Source of the DNA: an uncultured virus (IMG/VR IMGVR_UViG_3300010223_000002)
Taxonomy: Duplodnaviria > Heunggongvirae > Uroviricota > Caudoviricetes
IMG/VR virus record: IMGVR_UViG_3300010223_000002
Strand: one strand, 5' to 3'
Length of the DNA: 55,404 nucleotides
A program made the position numbers and the translations under genes. Under the pieces are notes generated by a model. The model did not search any database. It was not told where the DNA came from and worked only from the letters and a program-made list of their open reading frames with translations. Numbering within the stretch: the first letter of the stretch is position 1; each line of letters opens with the position of its first letter. Shown one piece after another: positions 30,014-40,955 of this stretch.

Positions 30014-30799
30014 AATGAATTGGAAATGTGAAGCATGCGGCGCATCCTTATTTGATGAAAAACCGCAACCACAATGGAATGCTATTCATGATTCAGTCTT
30101 CAGAGGTATATTTAAATGTGCTCCACACTCTATTGCAGATGAAAATAAAATGTATTTCAGAATATCAATTACTATGACAATTGTGCATATGTGTCAAAAG
30201 GAAACAGATATGGATGCAGTTAGTAATGATGAAATAATTCAAAAATGTAAAAATGAATACAAACGACTCATCAAAGAAGAATGGAATTTAGTATGTCATG
30301 ATAGATCTTAAACTTTTTCTTTGGATTATTGTTACCATTATAATCACAAATACGTTGTATCATTTTTGCAAAGATCTTATCAAACGAGCAAAATTAGGTA
30401 AAGATAACAAAAATGATATACAAAAATAAGAATGGTAATTACGTAATATCATCTAATCAAGTATAGCTACCAGGCGCCTATGAATCTAGATTGGTAGCAC
30501 AATTAGCATTTAAATTAGATTACAAAACACTTTCACTATTACAATTGAAAGTAACTCGTCTTGGTAATGGTATTATAACCTATGATCAAGTGTTAGAAAA
30601 AGTAAGAGAAAAGAGAGATAAAAATGGGAAGCAAAAAAGGTCTTGAAAAGCGACTAAATGATAGAGCACTATTCTTGCGTATTCGAAAAGGTTCGAATCC
30701 TATGAATAGTGATCAAATAAGAGAAGCTTTTGAACAAGCTCGCAAAAACCGCAAAAACAATATCGAAGAAGAACCTCCAATTCCAGAAAGCTGATTAAA

Positions 30800-31087
30800 A
30801 TGAAAAGATATATGATCGGAGAAATTCCCGTTACCAGTGGTCAAGTTATAGTTTTAGACCCATGCCATGCTCAAAAGTTTACAAGAGATGATTATGATAA
30901 CGCTAGTATAATAACAGCTAAAAAAGGTATTGCAGCTGGCGAAACATTCAATAAAGGGCTTGGCAGAACGCCGCTCGCCGTTGCCTGCGCTACCCCTTCC
31001 GACGGGAAATTCAAGATATACTTATTCACAGATGATGAAGATAATCCAATCTCACTTGCTATCGATTTAGCCAGAACAGAAGGTTGA
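30800..31087 (+). CDS. DUF4241-like hypothetical protein
   Basis: IGEIPVTSGQVIVLDPC...DGKFKIY. Confidence 0.45.
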   Translation: MKRYMIGEIPVTSGQVIVLDPCHAQKFTRDDYDNASIITAKKGIAAGETFNKGLGRTPLAVACATPSDGKFKIYLFTDDEDNPISLAIDLARTEG

Positions 31088-31762
31088 TAACGATTGAGGA
31101 TTAAATTATGGATAACGATTTATGGGAAGATGGTTCTGTTAAAACCGGTGATATGATAGTGATAAAAAATGACGCTTCTAAAAATGCAGATAAAATAGCA
31201 CAAGTAGTTAAGGTTCATTATGAACATGTATACAATCCTCAATTCGAACGAAAGATTTATGCTTTATCTGTACTAATTAATAACGAAGCTATTTCTTTTG
31301 TTCCTATAACCTCATTCATGAGAGTGCAAAAATGAATTGTAAATATTGCAAAAAACCTATGAAAAATAGCCAACTTGGAGTATATACAGATTTGCAAGAT
31401 AGATCTTCTATTATGGTATACTTTGAGTCAGAATCAGATATGACACTGAAAAACGGTTGGGCACATATGCAATGCGCCATTGATTCTGGTGAAGAATCAA
31501 TACGAATAGTAAAAGATAGATTAGTCTTCAAAATACAAATGGATCGAAAACCGCTACCACCTATTGAAATTGATTTAGATTTTGACAAAAATCTTGATTG
31601 GGGTGGAGCAAAACAATGGTGATAAAATGTACATGTATTTCATTTGGGATAATACACATGAATACGAATTAACTGAGCAATAGAGATTGCTAACAATATG
31701 GTTGTATATGCAGTTTCTTATCATTCTAGTAGAATCTCTTGAATCTTTACGGAAAGAGACAC

Positions 31763-32499
31763 ATGATAATCAAAGAATATAAAGATGGNNNNNNNNNNTC
31801 GAAGCAATAGCTAAATATGCAAGTGGTAAAATTAAACTAGTAGCCACTGATCCCCCATACGGTGGCATAATAAATGATAAATGGGACAAACAAATCAAAC
31901 ATGACAGTAATTTTGCAAACTTTTTAATAGATTGTATGCATGTATACAGACAACTTTGCTGTTGGCAAGCAGCTTGTTATATGTGGGGTGGAATAGGCAA
32001 ACCCGGAATGCGACCTTTATATAAGTTTTTAGCTCGCGTTGAAGAAGAAACTCCATGGACAATTTCTAATCATATTACATGGAAGAAAAAACGTGCTTAT
32101 GGTATTCAATGGAATTATCTATTTACTCGTGAAGAATTGATATATATGATCTTAGGAGATGAGAAAAAACCACTTCAATTCAATATTCCACTACTAGATG
32201 AAAAACGTGGCTATGCTGGATACAATGCTAAATATCCAGCTAAGAGCGAATACTTAAGAAGAACTAATGTTTGGACAGATATTACTGAGATCTTTAGAAA
32301 TAAAATAAGCAATGCACAAAAACCACTTAGGTTATACGAAATACCTATTGAAACGCACACCAATAAAGGTGATATCGTCCTTGACACCTTCGCAGGCAGC
32401 GGCACAGCGGCAGAAGCGGCACGAAAATTAGGACGCAGATTTATACTAGTTGAAAGAGATAGAATAGAATTCGATAAAATATGTAATAGATTATCATAA
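31763..32499 (+). CDS. Beta-class amino (N6A/N4C) DNA methyltransferase, spanning a scaffold gap
   Basis: In-frame TDPPY at ~31846-31860 upstream of the listed ORF; QKP and VLDTFAGSGT (motif I) at the C-terminus. Confidence 0.9.
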
Positions 32500-32572
32500 A
32501 GATAACGAATGTTTAAAATAACGTGTGATGCAGCCAATGAAGCATACGAGCAAGAAAAAAAAATAGTAATAA

Positions 32573-32809
32573 GTGGAGATAAAAATGATTAGAGCAAAAT
32601 TCGTCTGTAACAGTGCTGTAGAAGATGGTCTAGATAACGAAGTAGTTAGAATGTCTGCTGTTACAGCAGATACTGAAGAAAATAAAACATGGTGTAAATA
32701 TACTCCAGCTGGTTCTTTTGAAATATACATAAATAATCCAGACGCTAAGGGTAAGTTCGTTGAAGGGAAAGAATATTTTATAGACATTCATCCAGCTGAA
32801 AAAGAATGA
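32573..32809 (+). CDS. Phage hypothetical protein
   Basis: RAKFVC...EENKTWCKYTPAG...GKEYFIDI. Confidence 0.7.
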   Translation: MEIKMIRAKFVCNSAVEDGLDNEVVRMSAVTADTEENKTWCKYTPAGSFEIYINNPDAKGKFVEGKEYFIDIHPAEKE

Positions 32810-33051
32810 TTACGTTTATTGTAAACGGTGAAAACGTTGAAATTGAGTGTTCTGACCAAGATACACTTCAATTATTGGTCAAAATAGCTCTAACTGAAAC
32901 AAATAATTTACACAGACCAATAGAAAATTGGCAAGTTAGAGATCAAACCGGTGTGCTGCTTCCACAAGAAGCTACTATTGGTAAACTTAGAATAGATAAA
33001 ACCTCATTATTCTTAATGCCAAAATTAGGTGCTGGAGGAATAGTAAACTAA
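32806..33051 (+). CDS. DUF2604-like prokaryotic ubiquitin-like (beta-grasp) protein ending GAGG-IVN
   Basis: IVNG..V.IE, ALTETNN..RPIENWQVRD..G.LL, LFL..K.GAGG pattern typical of DUF2604 Ubls. Confidence 0.75.
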   Translation: MITFIVNGENVEIECSDQDTLQLLVKIALTETNNLHRPIENWQVRDQTGVLLPQEATIGKLRIDKTSLFLMPKLGAGGIVN

Positions 33052-34745
33052 TATCAATATTGTTCTACAACATTCTGCTGGCATGAATATTTCTGGAGGT
33101 TTTCGTACAAAAATTCATATATAGAATGAGAAAAATAATGAAGATTAAACCAATATTCGCCTGGTATGATTTGTGGATTGGAGCATATATCGATACTAAA
33201 AACAAACGTATATACATATTCCCTATCCCTTGTCTTGGGATAATGATACAGATAAAATGAATAAACTAGAAAAAGACAGAATGTTGCATGCTATCGATGA
33301 GTTAGCAGAGCAAATACCTAATGGTCATATTATCGCTGCCATAAGCATATCTGATTTACTATTAACCGCATCACATATAATCAAACGATTACGCAAGGAA
33401 AATAAAATGGGAGTTATGCCCTGCGAAAGAAAAGGTTGTGAAAATATATTATGTAACAGAATTATCAATGTACCAAAACAAACATACATATGTAATAGTT
33501 GTTTTTATGAATTAACAGAGGTCAGGCAAACATGGGATCCGAATCTTACGCTGGGAGAAGTAATAAAAAAAGTAGTTGAATTTATGAATACGCCACCGGG
33601 CAATAATGTAAAAAATACAGAAGCTAATTTCAACAAAATTATAAATGACGAGTAAAATAAGCAAAACCCCCATGTGTTGCGGCCCGGTGTGCGATGGTGA
33701 AGCCATGTATTTATGTATGTCACCAGCTAGCTATCAATGCTATTGTGGCAAATGTAGTAGATGGTACACATGTGAAATAGATAAAGAAAATATGAATGCG
33801 GCACACATTAAAGCATACGGATCTGCGGCCAAGTGGCGAACCTTCCTGATTGCTTCACAAGGATAAAATGAAACAATTCAGCGTGCAATACGAATTCGGC
33901 CCAAGCGTCCATTCTAAATTGAGCGGAATTATAGTTATGGAAGCGCCAGAAGATGCAACAGATGAACAAATAATCAATCTAGTAAAAAAGAAGTTCGTTA
34001 GAAGACATGGCGGATGTAAAACTGTCATGATAAATGCAGGTACATATAAGGTACTAAGATGACCAATCGAGAAGAATGCGTGAAAAGAATATTGATTGCC
34101 ATATCAAAAATGGATGAATATGAACTTAATTTCTCTGCTACCATAAAAAGATTTGGGATGATTCCTATAATGCAAAAAGAACTACTATCTCAAATATGCA
34201 ACAATTCAAAAATAGAAAAGAATACTTAATATGGTTACTTGGACCCGAAGGAGCAGCCGAAGTATTAGCCCTACCAAAAACAAAACTGAATATAAAACGT
34301 ACTAGAATTAAAACATGCAAGAAAAAGACATTTTATAAAAATGAGGCTGTTCCTAGATGGGCAAGATAGAAATAGTGAAATGGTTTGGTAGAAACTGGAA
34401 GGCTCCCATATGCAAACCAGAAAATAAAACTAAGATACCAATAAAAGAAATTTGTTTTTGCTGCGGAATGCAATTTAATAGATCAAGTCAAGGCGTAATG
34501 CTTCCCTTTGTAGATAAAGATGGACAAAAATTAGTTCCATATCATCTAGATTGTTTTCTTTACTCCGTCGGAATAATCGTTAAAGATAGTAGATACGATA
34601 TCAAAATTAAATAAAAAATGAGTAGAATAAAAAATATTTTATGTAGAAGTAGAAAGTATCTTAAAACAGCTACTATTCGACAAAAAGATTCCTGATTCCT
34701 GAAAAAGATTGCTAGAAGATGGAGAAGAAGAAGTGAGAAAAGATA

Positions 34746-35066
34746 ATGATATTCTTCGATCCACCTACACTATTTAGTAAAAAATTCGGTCCAAGTAGTC
34801 ATTTGGAATCAGATAAGATCGGTCCAGAGGGTAATAAAGAACTACTTAAATTCGGTAAACTAATAGGAATGAAAGAAAAATGGCTTCAAAAAAGAGGCAC
34901 ACCAGATGAGCATTTCGATATATTCGGTTACAAAATAGAATTAGCAAAAAAAGCTGGAGCTATTCAACTCACACGAAAAGAAGCTATAGCAAAATGGAAA
35001 GAAAAACGCAAACAACACAATGAAAAATATGGCAAGAATAATAAATACGATGGACTATTAATATGA
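34746..35066 (+). CDS. DUF4031-like protein
   Basis: SHLESD...ELLKFGKLIGMK..WLQ...HFDI...AKKAGA. Confidence 0.7.
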   Translation: MIFFDPPTLFSKKFGPSSHLESDKIGPEGNKELLKFGKLIGMKEKWLQKRGTPDEHFDIFGYKIELAKKAGAIQLTRKEAIAKWKEKRKQHNEKYGKNNKYDGLLI

Positions 35067-35440
35067 AACCTTGTAATACAGAAGAAACTCTCAAGCCATT
35101 CTTTATGAATCTATGGAGATGGAAGTGCGGCTTAATTGAACGTCCAGCCCTTAATTCAAAAGTAAGTTTAGGACAAGAATGGTCAAACAAATTTGAAAAG
35201 CTTATGCGTAATAGGTTACTTTTTGGAGCATATAGATATGGACCAATGGGTAGCAAAGATAAAAACAACTATGATAGAATGAAATATGCAATTGAAAAAA
35301 TTATGGAATACAAACGAACAGGTAATGCAGAATGCCTAGTAGATGCAGCTAATATGATGATGTTAGAATTTGAAGAAAGCAATCATCCAAAATTTCATTT
35401 CCAATCAGCAGATGATTCAAAACATACTGAGGTAATATAA
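35063..35440 (+). CDS. Phage hypothetical protein (all-alpha NTP pyrophosphatase-like)
   Basis: GAYRYG...TGNAECLVDAANMMMLEF. Confidence 0.5.
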   Translation: MKPCNTEETLKPFFMNLWRWKCGLIERPALNSKVSLGQEWSNKFEKLMRNRLLFGAYRYGPMGSKDKNNYDRMKYAIEKIMEYKRTGNAECLVDAANMMMLEFEESNHPKFHFQSADDSKHTEVI

Positions 35441-35955
35441 TGCCACTGAAGAAGCTCCCTGACGGCAGACTTATTGAAGAAAAAGAAATCGATCTAGATC
35501 CACCTCCAGTTGGAAATGTTCAATGGAAGGCTACTAAAATTGAACCAGTATTAGTAAAAACAGACAATGAAGAACAAGCAAAACAAAAAGGAGCATTAAA
35601 ACTTTCTTGTGAAACATATGACATATTCGACGTAAAACCATTCGGTGACTATTGGAAGGTATCTAAAACTGTAGATGATACAATAGTAATTGCTCACACT
35701 TTTTTTGGTGCACGTCAAAAAGCAATGAGAAAGCTCGGGTGCGAGCCGGAAAATGTTCGACTTGAGCAGCTTTCAAAATCGGCCAATGACGAAAATATAT
35801 TGGACGCAGAAGGCTCTAAAAAGTTCGACCCGTGGGAAGGCTCGCGCATGCGCCCTGCGCCCCGCAAGGTGGCAAAGAGACGAAGTAAAAAGTCCACCAA
35901 ATCTAGTTGCAGATGTGCTAGTCTAGTAAAAAATCTTATAGTTTTTTTTATCTAA
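35440..35955 (+). CDS. Hypothetical protein with basic tail
   Basis: Last gene of the + strand run. Confidence 0.55.
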   Translation: MPLKKLPDGRLIEEKEIDLDPPPVGNVQWKATKIEPVLVKTDNEEQAKQKGALKLSCETYDIFDVKPFGDYWKVSKTVDDTIVIAHTFFGARQKAMRKLGCEPENVRLEQLSKSANDENILDAEGSKKFDPWEGSRMRPAPRKVAKRRSKKSTKSSCRCASLVKNLIVFFI

Positions 35956-35972
35956 TGTCATTTTATCTACTC

Positions 35973-36719
35973 CTAATCTAAATCTATTCCATTGGGATAT
36001 CTTTCATTTAGATATCCTTTCACCCATTCTCTAATCTTACCATTAATCATCCATACTAGTAGATCTTTGCCAGGATCTATAATAGTACGATTACTCATAT
36101 TTACTCCAGCCGCTTTTGCTTCATTAATAGCTTGAAGTGGTCCTTGCGGCCAAATGCTAGGAATAGCACCTCTAACAATAGGCCCCCAATATACAACTAA
36201 ATCATCGAACATTGCAGCTACCGCAAAACCAGCATACCATTCTGCATAAGTTGTTTGTGTGTTATAGAATTTACCATCTTTAGACACTAGTCCAACCATT
36301 GCATTCCAAGGTGGATTAGGAAACATTCTAGCTGGTGCTGAAAATCGCTTTAATAAAAGACGTGGGGTTTGCGATATCTGTTGAAATGTTGTTGCCCCTA
36401 CGCCAATTTCAGATGGAGCCGCATAAGCTGGCATAGATGCTGAATTCATATCATCAATTTCATTTTGCTCTACAGTCTTTATAACCTTTTCAACCACTTC
36501 TTTTTCTTTTACACCAGATACGCCTATATCATCTTGTTTAGATGACGCTGGCTGCATGCTACCGCTTGCAATCTCGGAATTTGCCTCGCCAGGGGTGGGT
36601 GAAGAGGGTACTTGGGGCGATGTAGGAGCGTTTTTAGGTGCTCTATTTATGCCTCTAAGACCAACGTAATGAATTCCTCTATTCGAAGCTTGTTGTCTTT
36701 GTTTTCTACTAATTGTCAT
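35973..36719 (-). CDS. Hypothetical protein with low-complexity N-terminal half
   Basis: 248-aa ORF, AGGA RBS. Confidence 0.6.
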   Translation of the reverse strand: MTISRKQRQQASNRGIHYVGLRGINRAPKNAPTSPQVPSSPTPGEANSEIASGSMQPASSKQDDIGVSGVKEKEVVEKVIKTVEQNEIDDMNSASMPAYAAPSEIGVGATTFQQISQTPRLLLKRFSAPARMFPNPPWNAMVGLVSKDGKFYNTQTTYAEWYAGFAVAAMFDDLVVYWGPIVRGAIPSIWPQGPLQAINEAKAAGVNMSNRTIIDPGKDLLVWMINGKIREWVKGYLNERYPNGIDLD

Positions 36720-36756
36720 GTCTCTTTCCTTCTAGATTGCAGGTTTTATGAATCAA

Positions 36757-36906
36757 TCATAAATTATTAAACAATGGACCTGCCATTAGATTACGCGATA
36801 CTGGTGTATCACTGTATTCTTGAATGTAATTCCATGTTGCTTCATCAGCTTGAGATAATGGAGTCAAATATATACGATTTTCTGTAGGACTGTATATAGC
36901 GCCATT
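36757..36906 (-). pseudogene. C-terminal remnant of a beta-propeller gene
   Basis: Encodes NGAIYSPTENRIYLTP...PVSRNLMAGPLFNNL-stop with no in-frame start. Confidence 0.85.
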
Positions 36907-36930
36907 GTGATTACATCTTTTTATTCCAAA

Positions 36931-37006
36931 TCAGTATTTATTAAACAATGGTCCTGCCATCAAATTACGTGATACTGGTTGTACCAGTTAGCATTGGGCG
37001 TTCCAT
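36931..37006 (-). pseudogene. Internally deleted beta-propeller gene (N-terminus fused to C-terminus)
   Basis: RBS plus MERPMLTGTT joined out of frame to PVSRNLMAGPLFNKY-stop. Confidence 0.85.
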
Positions 37007-37032
37007 TTATTTACTCCAATCAGTAGTCCTTA

Positions 37033-37413
37033 TCACCAGCCATTAATGTATTTAACAGCATCCATTTCAAAATCAGCACTTTCATACTCATCATGAGTAA
37101 GTATAAAAGATGCAACTCTTAACTTCATAACCTCTTGTCCAACTGCTATCATAGCTTCCATTATGTTATCACATTTACATATAATTATCTGTTCGGGTGG
37201 ATTGGGAACATTGAAAGGTCCGTACCTGTACACTTCAAATGTATTATCACCATAATTAACAAGATGTATATCATCACCAGCTATTCCAATATCAAAAACT
37301 AGTGCATCTTCTATATCATCAACTAGCTCTCTTATCTCCTTAATATTATCTCTGACAGAAACATTCATTTCCATGCTTTTAGTGATTGATTTTACTTCTT
37401 TTAATAAATTCAT
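37033..37413 (-). CDS. Hypothetical protein
   Basis: 126-aa ORF, GAGG RBS. Confidence 0.6.
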   Translation of the reverse strand: MNLLKEVKSITKSMEMNVSVRDNIKEIRELVDDIEDALVFDIGIAGDDIHLVNYGDNTFEVYRYGPFNVPNPPEQIIICKCDNIMEAMIAVGQEVMKLRVASFILTHDEYESADFEMDAVKYINGW

Positions 37414-37534
37414 TTATCTACCTCTTCTTTCAGCCATCGATGTTTTATATTAGCTATATTAAGTATATCCTTAACTTCAGCTAAAAATTCTCTACGACGT
37501 CTTTTAATTGTCTAGAACTTGACATTTTAACCTC

Positions 37535-38422
37535 TTAATCACAAATATATGTATGGATTGGCATAACATCTACTGCGTGCCCTGGATCTGTAATAGCCGG
37601 CATAGGTTCGTTCGAGTTATCTTCTCTAATTACTTTACCAATGTTGTTTAAATGAACATCTGCTAACAATTTACCATAACACAAAAACCACGCTAAGGTT
37701 TGTCCTATATCTATTACTTCAGGTGATTGACTCATTACCTCAACCACTGTTTTACATCCTACTAAAGCAAATCCTGCTCTATCGGTGGATTTTATCCATT
37801 TTGGAATTGACCAATCATAGGTAACGCTTACATAATTGTATCTACGACTTCCTATACTAAATTCACTACTACTATGAAATGCTACTAATTCGTTCCATTT
37901 ATAAAAAGCTGCTTCTACTTTTTCATCAAAATAAGGCTTACTACCATGAGCCAAATACATATCTCTAGCCTGCGAAGCAAACCACAAAAACCCATTAATC
38001 TTCTTAGACTCACGTCTAACTAATTGATCATAAGTATCTATCATGTATCCTACCTCATATGCCTCTTCTCTAAGAATCGCATAAACCGATCTACCTCTGT
38101 GACTAGTTTTTAGGTCAAGTACCTTATAATACTTTACCAATCCTGAATATCTTTCTTGTTCATCTTTGTGTTTCAATAAAAACTTAACTAATTGAACCTC
38201 GCTAGGATCAGACGTAATTTTCAAAACTTTTTTATTTAATCCAGTTGAATAAACGCAACCGTAATGACCGCAACCTAATTCAGAATAAGCTTTACCTTCT
38301 ACTATTTCTGGCAAAGCTTTTTTACCAAAAGCGCGAGCAATACGTGCTTCATTTTGCCTCACTGCCTTGTCGGCCCAAGGTGGATTCGAATTACAGTATT
38401 TAGCTACTAATTGCTTATTCAT
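37535..38422 (-). CDS. Protein kinase-like protein
   Basis: LGCGHYGCVY Gly loop, VLKIT Lys, helix-C Glu, LADVHLNNI catalytic loop, ITDPG (DFG-like). Confidence 0.75.
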   Translation of the reverse strand: MNKQLVAKYCNSNPPWADKAVRQNEARIARAFGKKALPEIVEGKAYSELGCGHYGCVYSTGLNKKVLKITSDPSEVQLVKFLLKHKDEQERYSGLVKYYKVLDLKTSHRGRSVYAILREEAYEVGYMIDTYDQLVRRESKKINGFLWFASQARDMYLAHGSKPYFDEKVEAAFYKWNELVAFHSSSEFSIGSRRYNYVSVTYDWSIPKWIKSTDRAGFALVGCKTVVEVMSQSPEVIDIGQTLAWFLCYGKLLADVHLNNIGKVIREDNSNEPMPAITDPGHAVDVMPIHTYICD

Positions 38423-38435
38423 TTCAAACTCTAAA

Positions 38436-39695
38436 TTAGGATTTATTAAAAATTGGCCCTGCCATCAAATTGCGTGATACTCGTACATCACTGTAATTCT
38501 GTATGTAATGCCAATACGATCCAGAAACATATGGAGCAAAATATATTCTATTTTCTTTTGCAGAAAAAGAACCAGAAGAAAATGCATTCACTGCCGTAAT
38601 AATATTATGTTGATAAGAAACTACATCTCCATTATAGCAATCTACATAATGCCAATCAGTCTGAGTAGATTGAAAATTAGGAACAAAATAAATTCTATTT
38701 AAAACTGGATCATATACTCCACCTACATAAGTACCTGTAACCGTTATTATTTGGTTATTTAAATATGCTTTCAAATTTCCATCATTACAATCAATGTAAT
38801 GCCAATATTCTTGCGGACCTTGATTATATGGTACTAGATATATTCTGTTTTGCGTAGGACTGTAAACTCCCCCACTGTAAGGAACGCCTACCATAGATAA
38901 TCCTTGATAATCTAAATTAAATGTTCCGTCATTACAATCAATATAATACGTATAATCAGTAGATTGTGATACAGGATTGAAGTATATTCTATCATCTGTA
39001 GGACTATATGTTCCACCTGAAAATGAACCAGTAATTGACTGCCCATGAAGATAAGCTACAACATCACCACTATTACAATCAATGTAATGCCACTCAGAAT
39101 GAGTAGCTTGACCAAAACTTGGAATAAAATATATACGATTTTGTGTAGGACTATAAACTCCTCCAGCATATGCTCCTAAAAAAGCAGTAGCACCATGCGT
39201 ATAAGCTACAATTTCACCAGTATTACAATTCACATAGTGCCAATCGGATTCTTGTCCTTGATAAAATGGTGCAAAATAAATTCTATCTTGTGTTGGACTA
39301 TATGCTCCGCCATTATAAGCATATCTAACTACGCCGATAGCTCCATGTAAATATTCAACATAATTACTTATTTCACAGTCTATGTAATGCCAATTAACTC
39401 GATTTCCTTGACCGTTAGGCACAAAATACACACGATTTTGTGTAGGACTATAAACTGCTCCCTGATATGCTCCTGAATTATCTAAATCTACTGGACGTTC
39501 ATAACTACCAACACCAAAACTAACCTTTTTAGCTTGTTCTTGTAATGGATAAAGATAGTTGAGTAATTCCGTTTGATCAAAATCATCCAGCCGCAGGCTG
39601 GGAATATGCGTAACCTTCTTAATCAAATAATAAAGTCTACGTAGTTGATTTTGAATTTCAAACTGGGTTGTACCAGTTAGCATTGGACGTTTCAT
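38436..39695 (-). CDS. Seven-repeat beta-propeller protein (putative virion/receptor-binding)
   Basis: Seven ~50-aa repeats GGxYSPTQNRIYFVP...WHYIDC. Confidence 0.75.
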   Translation of the reverse strand: MKRPMLTGTTQFEIQNQLRRLYYLIKKVTHIPSLRLDDFDQTELLNYLYPLQEQAKKVSFGVGSYERPVDLDNSGAYQGAVYSPTQNRVYFVPNGQGNRVNWHYIDCEISNYVEYLHGAIGVVRYAYNGGAYSPTQDRIYFAPFYQGQESDWHYVNCNTGEIVAYTHGATAFLGAYAGGVYSPTQNRIYFIPSFGQATHSEWHYIDCNSGDVVAYLHGQSITGSFSGGTYSPTDDRIYFNPVSQSTDYTYYIDCNDGTFNLDYQGLSMVGVPYSGGVYSPTQNRIYLVPYNQGPQEYWHYIDCNDGNLKAYLNNQIITVTGTYVGGVYDPVLNRIYFVPNFQSTQTDWHYVDCYNGDVVSYQHNIITAVNAFSSGSFSAKENRIYFAPYVSGSYWHYIQNYSDVRVSRNLMAGPIFNKS

Positions 39696-39699
39696 TTAC

Positions 39700-39828
39700 T
39701 TACTCCATAGCTAGTTCAGATTCAAATTCTTCTTCTTTTTTGTCTTTTAGATTGTAATATAAAACAGATCCAGCTGCAACAATAAATGCTAAGCTTAACC
39801 AGAATATTCCTTTTTCTTCTCTAGTCAT
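39700..39828 (-). CDS. 42-aa single-TM protein (not in ORF track)
   Basis: MTREEKGIFWLSLAFIVAAGSVLYYNLKDKKEEEFESELAME; GAGG RBS. Confidence 0.6.
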   Translation of the reverse strand: MTREEKGIFWLSLAFIVAAGSVLYYNLKDKKEEEFESELAME

Positions 39829-39833
39829 TGTGA

Positions 39834-40955
39834 TTACCTCTTTTTATTCCAAAAATAATAACCAGTTCCACCAGCTGCTAGTATTGCAGCTGCTCCTAAT
39901 GTCCAAGACCAAAAATGACTCTTTTGAACAGTAGCATCCTTTTTACTGATAATATTAGCTGAACCAGAAACATAAAATTGTGATTTATTTATAGTTATAG
40001 CATCAAAACCATTATCATCAGATTTTGCTGCTTCAAGTTCTTCATTAGTTTCTATAACCATGCGCTCAGTAAATACATCAATCTCCTTCATAAACTGATT
40101 AAAACGCAATTTTTGAACATCTTTAGCAAACTTCAACCAATTATTAGGCTCTTTACAACTAAAACTTTGCCAATAGAAATAATACAACTGCTCCATAGTA
40201 ATTGGAGGATTATCTATATCTAATGGAGGAGATATTACTTTATCGTTGGTACCTGAAATCGTCCAAGTTCGCCCATTAGGCCCCCATGTATCTGTAGCTA
40301 ATACAAGTCTATGTGCTACGTTATTTAGTATAACTACATCCCAAGCTCTGTATTCATTAATTGGAGCAGTTCCATCTACTGGATCAGTAACATATTGCCA
40401 ACGGACTCTATCTGGATCATCTTTACTAGTAGGATACAAAAAACCATAATTATCTTCTTTTACAATCGGATACATTCCATCTAAATAATCAAATCCCAAC
40501 ACCTTCATACGCATAGCATCCCAGCTTTTAGCTAATGCATCTACTATATCTCTAGAAGCTTTTGAATACTCTGTAACTAATGCATCACCAGAAGTTTTAT
40601 AGGATTGTTTTACTTTATTACATTCGTCATCACCACCACCAAATAATCCTGATACAAAATTCCAAGCGCTTTCAATCCCTTGAATAGCGTAACCTATACC
40701 TTTACCTAATATTGGACCAACTATATCACCTAATGTTTCGCAACAAGGCACGCACGCCCCATCTGTGTAAACTGTACAAACTCCAGTAACAACAGCATTA
40801 ATTAGAGCATCTCTACATTCTGCACTACCTAAATCGTCACAACATACTTTAACTAATTCATCTATCTTATCTGAACTAGCTTCCGCACCATTATCTTCCA
40901 AATAATCTTTAATGTATTTTCTTACTTCATCGCAATTAGCCATTTTCTTCTCCAA
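39834..40955 (-). CDS. Cys-rich protein with C-terminal membrane anchor
   Basis: N-terminal Cys cluster; C-terminal WTLGAAAILAAGGTGYYFWNKKR. Confidence 0.6.
   Translation of the reverse strand: MEKKMANCDEVRKYIKDYLEDNGAEASSDKIDELVKVCCDDLGSAECRDALINAVVTGVCTVYTDGACVPCCETLGDIVGPILGKGIGYAIQGIESAWNFVSGLFGGGDDECNKVKQSYKTSGDALVTEYSKASRDIVDALAKSWDAMRMKVLGFDYLDGMYPIVKEDNYGFLYPTSKDDPDRVRWQYVTDPVDGTAPINEYRAWDVVILNNVAHRLVLATDTWGPNGRTWTISGTNDKVISPPLDIDNPPITMEQLYYFYWQSFSCKEPNNWLKFAKDVQKLRFNQFMKEIDVFTERMVIETNEELEAAKSDDNGFDAITINKSQFYVSGSANIISKKDATVQKSHFWSWTLGAAAILAAGGTGYYFWNKKR

Noticed and set aside
30667..30711. tRNA-like fragment (CACTATTC/GAATAGTG around AGGTTCGAATCCT)
   Set aside because: Only a 3-bp T stem, no CCA, and it lies inside a plausible small ORF; probably chance.
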